A DNA stretch of 64,000 nucleotides, taken from assembly GCA_038231275.1 (NCBI GenBank), contig JBBRLQ010000001.1:608001-672000 (forward strand), read 5' to 3'. Of this stretch, positions 60,736 to 64,000 are shown piece by piece. Origin of the DNA: Polyangiales bacterium (GTDB lineage: Bacteria > Myxococcota_A > Polyangia > Polyangiales > Polyangiaceae). Every line of letters begins with the position of its first letter. Position 1 is the stretch's first letter. Under the pieces are notes generated by a model. That model was not told the origin of the DNA. It made no database searches and was given only the letters and a program-made list of their open reading frames with translations. The position numbers and the translations under genes are program-made.

Positions 60736-61554
60736 ATGCCGGAGCTCCCCGAGGTCGAGCACGCACGAAGAGGCCTGGTCACCTGGACCAAAGGGCGCAC
60801 CATCACGCGCGTGGTCGTCGCGGACGCGCGTGTCGTCCACGGAGGGGCGAAGGCGAAGGTGCCCGCACGCCTCGCGGGGCGACGGGTCATGGCCGTCGTT
60901 CGCCGCGGAAAATGGCTCGAAATGCAGCTCGACGAGGGGCCGCGCCTCTACTCGCACCTGGGGATGACCGGCAAATGGGTCACGCGCCCGCTCGACGCGC
61001 CGGCCGAGCGCTTCGAGAAGGCGCGCTTCGATCTCCTGAAGGGCGGTGTCGCGACGAGCGTGCGTTACATCGATCCGCGCGTCCTTGGGAGGATGCGCCT
61101 CGAGGATCCCGAGCCGGCGTTCTGGCGCAAGCTCGGGCCCGATCCGCTTCACGACGGCGTCGATCCGAAGGCGCTCGCAGCGAAGCTCGCGAAGAAGGCC
61201 CTCGCGATCAAGGAAGCCATCATGGACCAGGCGATCCTCGCCGGGGTCGGCAACATCCTCGCGACCGAGGCGCTCTTCCTCGCGCGCATGGACCCACGGA
61301 CGCGCGCCGATCGCTTGGGCGCCGCCGCTGTGAAGCGCCTCGCGCGCGCCATCGTTCAGGCGATCGAGCGCTCGCTCGCACTCGAGGCGGGACCCGAGAT
61401 CACCTACGTGTCGGAGTCCCGCAAGACCAACCCGTTCGCGGTCTATGGTCGCGGCGGGGAGCCTTGCCCGCGCTGCAAGCAGGCGCTCACCCGGATCGTC
61501 CTCGGGGGCCGCGGCACCGTCTTCTGTTCGAAGTGCCAGCCCCGCCCCGTCTGA
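60736..61554 (+). CDS. mutM: formamidopyrimidine-DNA glycosylase (Fpg/Nei family)
   Basis: MPELPEVE, RRGK, HLGMTG, GVGNI, C-terminal zinc finger CPRC...CSKCQ. Confidence 0.93.
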   Translation: MPELPEVEHARRGLVTWTKGRTITRVVVADARVVHGGAKAKVPARLAGRRVMAVVRRGKWLEMQLDEGPRLYSHLGMTGKWVTRPLDAPAERFEKARFDLLKGGVATSVRYIDPRVLGRMRLEDPEPAFWRKLGPDPLHDGVDPKALAAKLAKKALAIKEAIMDQAILAGVGNILATEALFLARMDPRTRADRLGAAAVKRLARAIVQAIERSLALEAGPEITYVSESRKTNPFAVYGRGGEPCPRCKQALTRIVLGGRGTVFCSKCQPRPV

Positions 61555-61620
61555 GCTCCTTGTCGGTCGCGAAGTCGTTTGCCCGTTCCGGTCAAGCGAC
61601 GTTCGCTCTAGTGTCTCCTC

Positions 61621-62238
61621 GTGGCCGATCCCTCCGTGACGCTCCTCGAGTCCGACGTCGATCCGCATCCGATGCGGCAGTTCAAGCTCTGGTGGGACGA
61701 CGCGCAGTCGCGCGGCTTTCCGGAGTCCGACGCCGTCACCCTCGCGACCGCCACCCGCGACGGCATCCCGTCGGCGCGCATGGTGCTGCTCAAGGGCCAC
61801 GACGAGCGCGGCCTCGTCTTCTACACGAACTACGGCAGCCAGAAGGCGCGCGAGCTCACCGGCAACCCGCGCGCGTGCATCGTCCTCTTCTGGGCGCAGC
61901 TCAAACGCCAGATCCGCGTCATCGGCACGGTGGCGAAGACCACGCGCGAGGAGAGCGAGGTGTACTTTCGCACGCGCGCGCGCGGAAGCCAGATCGGCGC
62001 ATGGGCGTCGCGCCAATCGGCCGTGATCGAGAGCCGCGCGGCGCTCGAGGAATCGGTCTCCGAGCTCGAGCGCGTCTACGAAGGGAAAGACGTCCCCATC
62101 CCGCCCGAGTGGGGCGGCTTCCGCCTGACGCCGACCAGCGTCGAGCTCTGGCAGGGCCGCGACAGCCGCCTCCACGATCGCCTCCGTTACACGCGCCGCG
62201 CCGACGCGACCTGGCGCATCGAGAGATTGTCGCCCTGA
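61621..62238 (+). CDS. pdxH: pyridoxamine 5'-phosphate oxidase
   Basis: PSARMVLLK, FYTNYGSQK, SQIGAWAS, ELWQGR..RLHDR. Confidence 0.95.
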   Translation: MADPSVTLLESDVDPHPMRQFKLWWDDAQSRGFPESDAVTLATATRDGIPSARMVLLKGHDERGLVFYTNYGSQKARELTGNPRACIVLFWAQLKRQIRVIGTVAKTTREESEVYFRTRARGSQIGAWASRQSAVIESRAALEESVSELERVYEGKDVPIPPEWGGFRLTPTSVELWQGRDSRLHDRLRYTRRADATWRIERLSP

Positions 62239-62252
62239 AGTCACGGGATCGA

Positions 62253-62771
62253 GTGGACATCCAACTCGTTCCGCCCACGGGGAGGGTTCGAGAGAGCTTT
62301 CTGAGTGGGCTTCGTGAGTTCCGAGACGAAGGCCTCCCTTGGTGGGTCGGCGGCGACGTCGAGGCCGTCGAGGTGGATTTCGCGGCGTTCGTGGCGACGA
62401 AATTGGCCGACGCCACGCGGAGAACCGAAACGTTCGTTCCCGCGACCCACCTGTGGGCCCTGATGGACGAACGGTTCGTAGGGCGTATCTCCATCCGCCA
62501 CGAGCTGAACGACGCGCTTCGCGCCTTCGGTGGCCACATCGGGTACGACACCGTGCCGTCGTTTCGAGGCCGAGGCGTCGCGACGGAGATGTTGCGTCAG
62601 GCGCTGCCCGTGGCCCGCGGGCTCGGGCTGACGGAGGTGCTCGTTACCTGCGACGAGACGAACGCCGCCTCCATCCGCGTCATCGAAAAAAACGGCGGCA
62701 CGCTGCGCGAAACGAGGGACCTCGGCGCGAGCCAACCTCGAAAGCGTCACTACGCGTTCATCCTGCCCTAG
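62253..62771 (+). CDS. GNAT N-acetyltransferase
   Basis: GRISIRHELN, GGHIGY, FRGRGVA, TCDETNAASIRVIEKNGG. Confidence 0.88.
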   Translation: MDIQLVPPTGRVRESFLSGLREFRDEGLPWWVGGDVEAVEVDFAAFVATKLADATRRTETFVPATHLWALMDERFVGRISIRHELNDALRAFGGHIGYDTVPSFRGRGVATEMLRQALPVARGLGLTEVLVTCDETNAASIRVIEKNGGTLRETRDLGASQPRKRHYAFILP

Positions 62772-62853
62772 CGCCGATCGCCTCCGTGCCTTCTGGTGGC
62801 CGCGACCGGGCCCACGGGTGCATTTTGAAGACACCTGGTGGCGCGGCAAGGAC

Positions 62854-62988
62854 TGGACAAACTGTTCAGAGCAAGTCTCCCGCTGTACAGATTGTTCAGC
62901 GCGGCTTCGCGCGGGCAGATTGTACAACGCCTGGAAACGCGGGAAATCTGGGCGCAACGAAGCGATCTCGCCGCGGCACGGGCTCTGC
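62854..62988 (+). promoter_or_regulatory. sigma54 promoter with three upstream palindromic enhancer-like sites
   Basis: CGGCACGGGCTCTGC at 62974-62988; TGGACAAACTGTTCA (62854), TGTACAGATTGTTCA (62884), CGGGCAGATTGTACA (62912). Confidence 0.65.
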
Positions 62989-63001
62989 AAAGAGTCAGGT
63001 C

Positions 63002-63756
63002 ATGAACACCCGCTCCCTCGTGGTCGGCCTCGTCGGTGTCGTCGGCGCTCTCGTCGTGGGATGTGGGAGCAACGCGGGGGAATCCCAGTCGTCGTCGTCG
63101 GACGACTCGCTGACGAAGTGCACGGACTACCCGTGCGGCTCATCGTCGTCGTCGGGGGGCTCGTCGGGGACCCCCCCCCGGGCTCCTGCTACTCGGGCTC
63201 GTACCAGGGCGACACGCTGCAGACGTTGTCGTCGCAGGGGACGATGCCGGGGAGCGTCGGCGTGTGCGCGAGCGCGCTTCTCGCCGCCGGCTGCACGAAG
63301 ATCGGCGACCCGACGTCGACCCTCGCCGTGCCCTATTACATGGCGTCGGCGGGCACGGCGTTCCTGGCGATTCAGTGCCCGACTGGGACGATGGCCCGCC
63401 TCAACCGCGACAACAAGTGGGTCTACGGCGCGTACCCGAACTACGGCGGCTACGTCTGGTACAACGGCAACTGGGCGTTCTTGGAGTCGAACTACAACAC
63501 GCAGCTCGGCACTCTCTACGCCGTCGCTTCGGGCACCGGCGGCGCGATCCCGGTCTCCAAGACCAACGTCATCGCCTACAACGTCAGCACGAATTGGAAC
63601 GGTTGGGCGTACGCCGCGTCCTGCGCCTCGCACCCGGCGTGGGGCTCGACGAACCCCGGCGGGACGCTCTACTTGAACGACGCCCCGTGCCTCACCGCGA
63701 CCTCGGGGTGGGAAGCGGACGAGTTCGACCCGACGTGCGGCAGCAAGTGCGAGTGA
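63002..63756 (+). pseudogene. secreted lipoprotein frameshifted in a poly-C tract (C9 at 63171-63179)
   Basis: the lipobox VVGC frame joins the downstream frame (PPGSCYSG...DEFDPTCGSKCE) if the tract is C10. Confidence 0.7.
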
Positions 63757-63766
63757 AGCGTTCGAG

Positions 63767-64000
63767 CTAGGGACACGAGAAACGCCCGTTCAGCGTCTTT
63801 GTCGCCGCGACGTACACCAAGCCCGATTCGATGCTCTCCGGTCGTGCTCCGCCGCTGAGGCAAAGGATGACGTCGTCGATGGGCGCATCACCTGTCGTGA
63901 GGTCGAAGTCGAGCTCGCTCGTCGATCCGACGAGGTCGATCGTCTTGCCGTCCCTCAGCTCACCGTACCCCTCGAAGATGTGCGTCGGCCCGACTTCCAC
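63767..64000 (-). CDS. hypothetical protein (5' partial)
   Basis: open frame to the window edge with plausible composition. Confidence 0.5.
   Translation of the reverse strand: MEVGPTHIFEGYGELRDGKTIDLVGSTSELDFDLTTGDAPIDDVILCLSGGARPESIESGLVYVAATKTLNGRFSCP

Noticed and set aside
60369-62771. 800-aa ORF spanning mutM and pdxH
   Set aside because: Only the last 172 codons (GNAT) are protein-like; the rest is an off-frame overlay of mutM and pdxH

Overview
A GC-rich, gene-dense bacterial chromosome segment, most likely from Myxococcota (Polyangiales-like). This is inferred from the mglB-mglA operon, Ser/Thr kinase-TPR proteins and many Cys-rich lipoproteins with D-[AGST]-G linkers. It holds about 58 CDS. 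Housekeeping genes include folA, ggt, queD, mutM, pdxH, ctaA, a thiolase and an M20 peptidase. Secreted hydrolases include GH25, an M15 peptidase, GH5, a pectinacetylesterase-like protein and esterases. I saw no rRNA, tRNA, CRISPR array or mobile element. The most notable items are: (1) a cluster of two lipoprotein PHM/DBH-type copper monooxygenases flanking a 12-Cys lipoprotein, divergent from a large Cys-rich lipoprotein and followed by heme A synthase; (2) a ~2,900-aa TPR-only protein built from 4-TPR super-repeats and split by one in-frame TAG; (3) a 41-aa highly basic, ribosomal-protein-like ORF next to mglA; (4) a C-lobe-only pseudokinase; (5) a widespread leaderless-promoter signature and five sigma54-type promoters ahead of secreted proteins. 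Three single-base frameshifts may be assembly errors.
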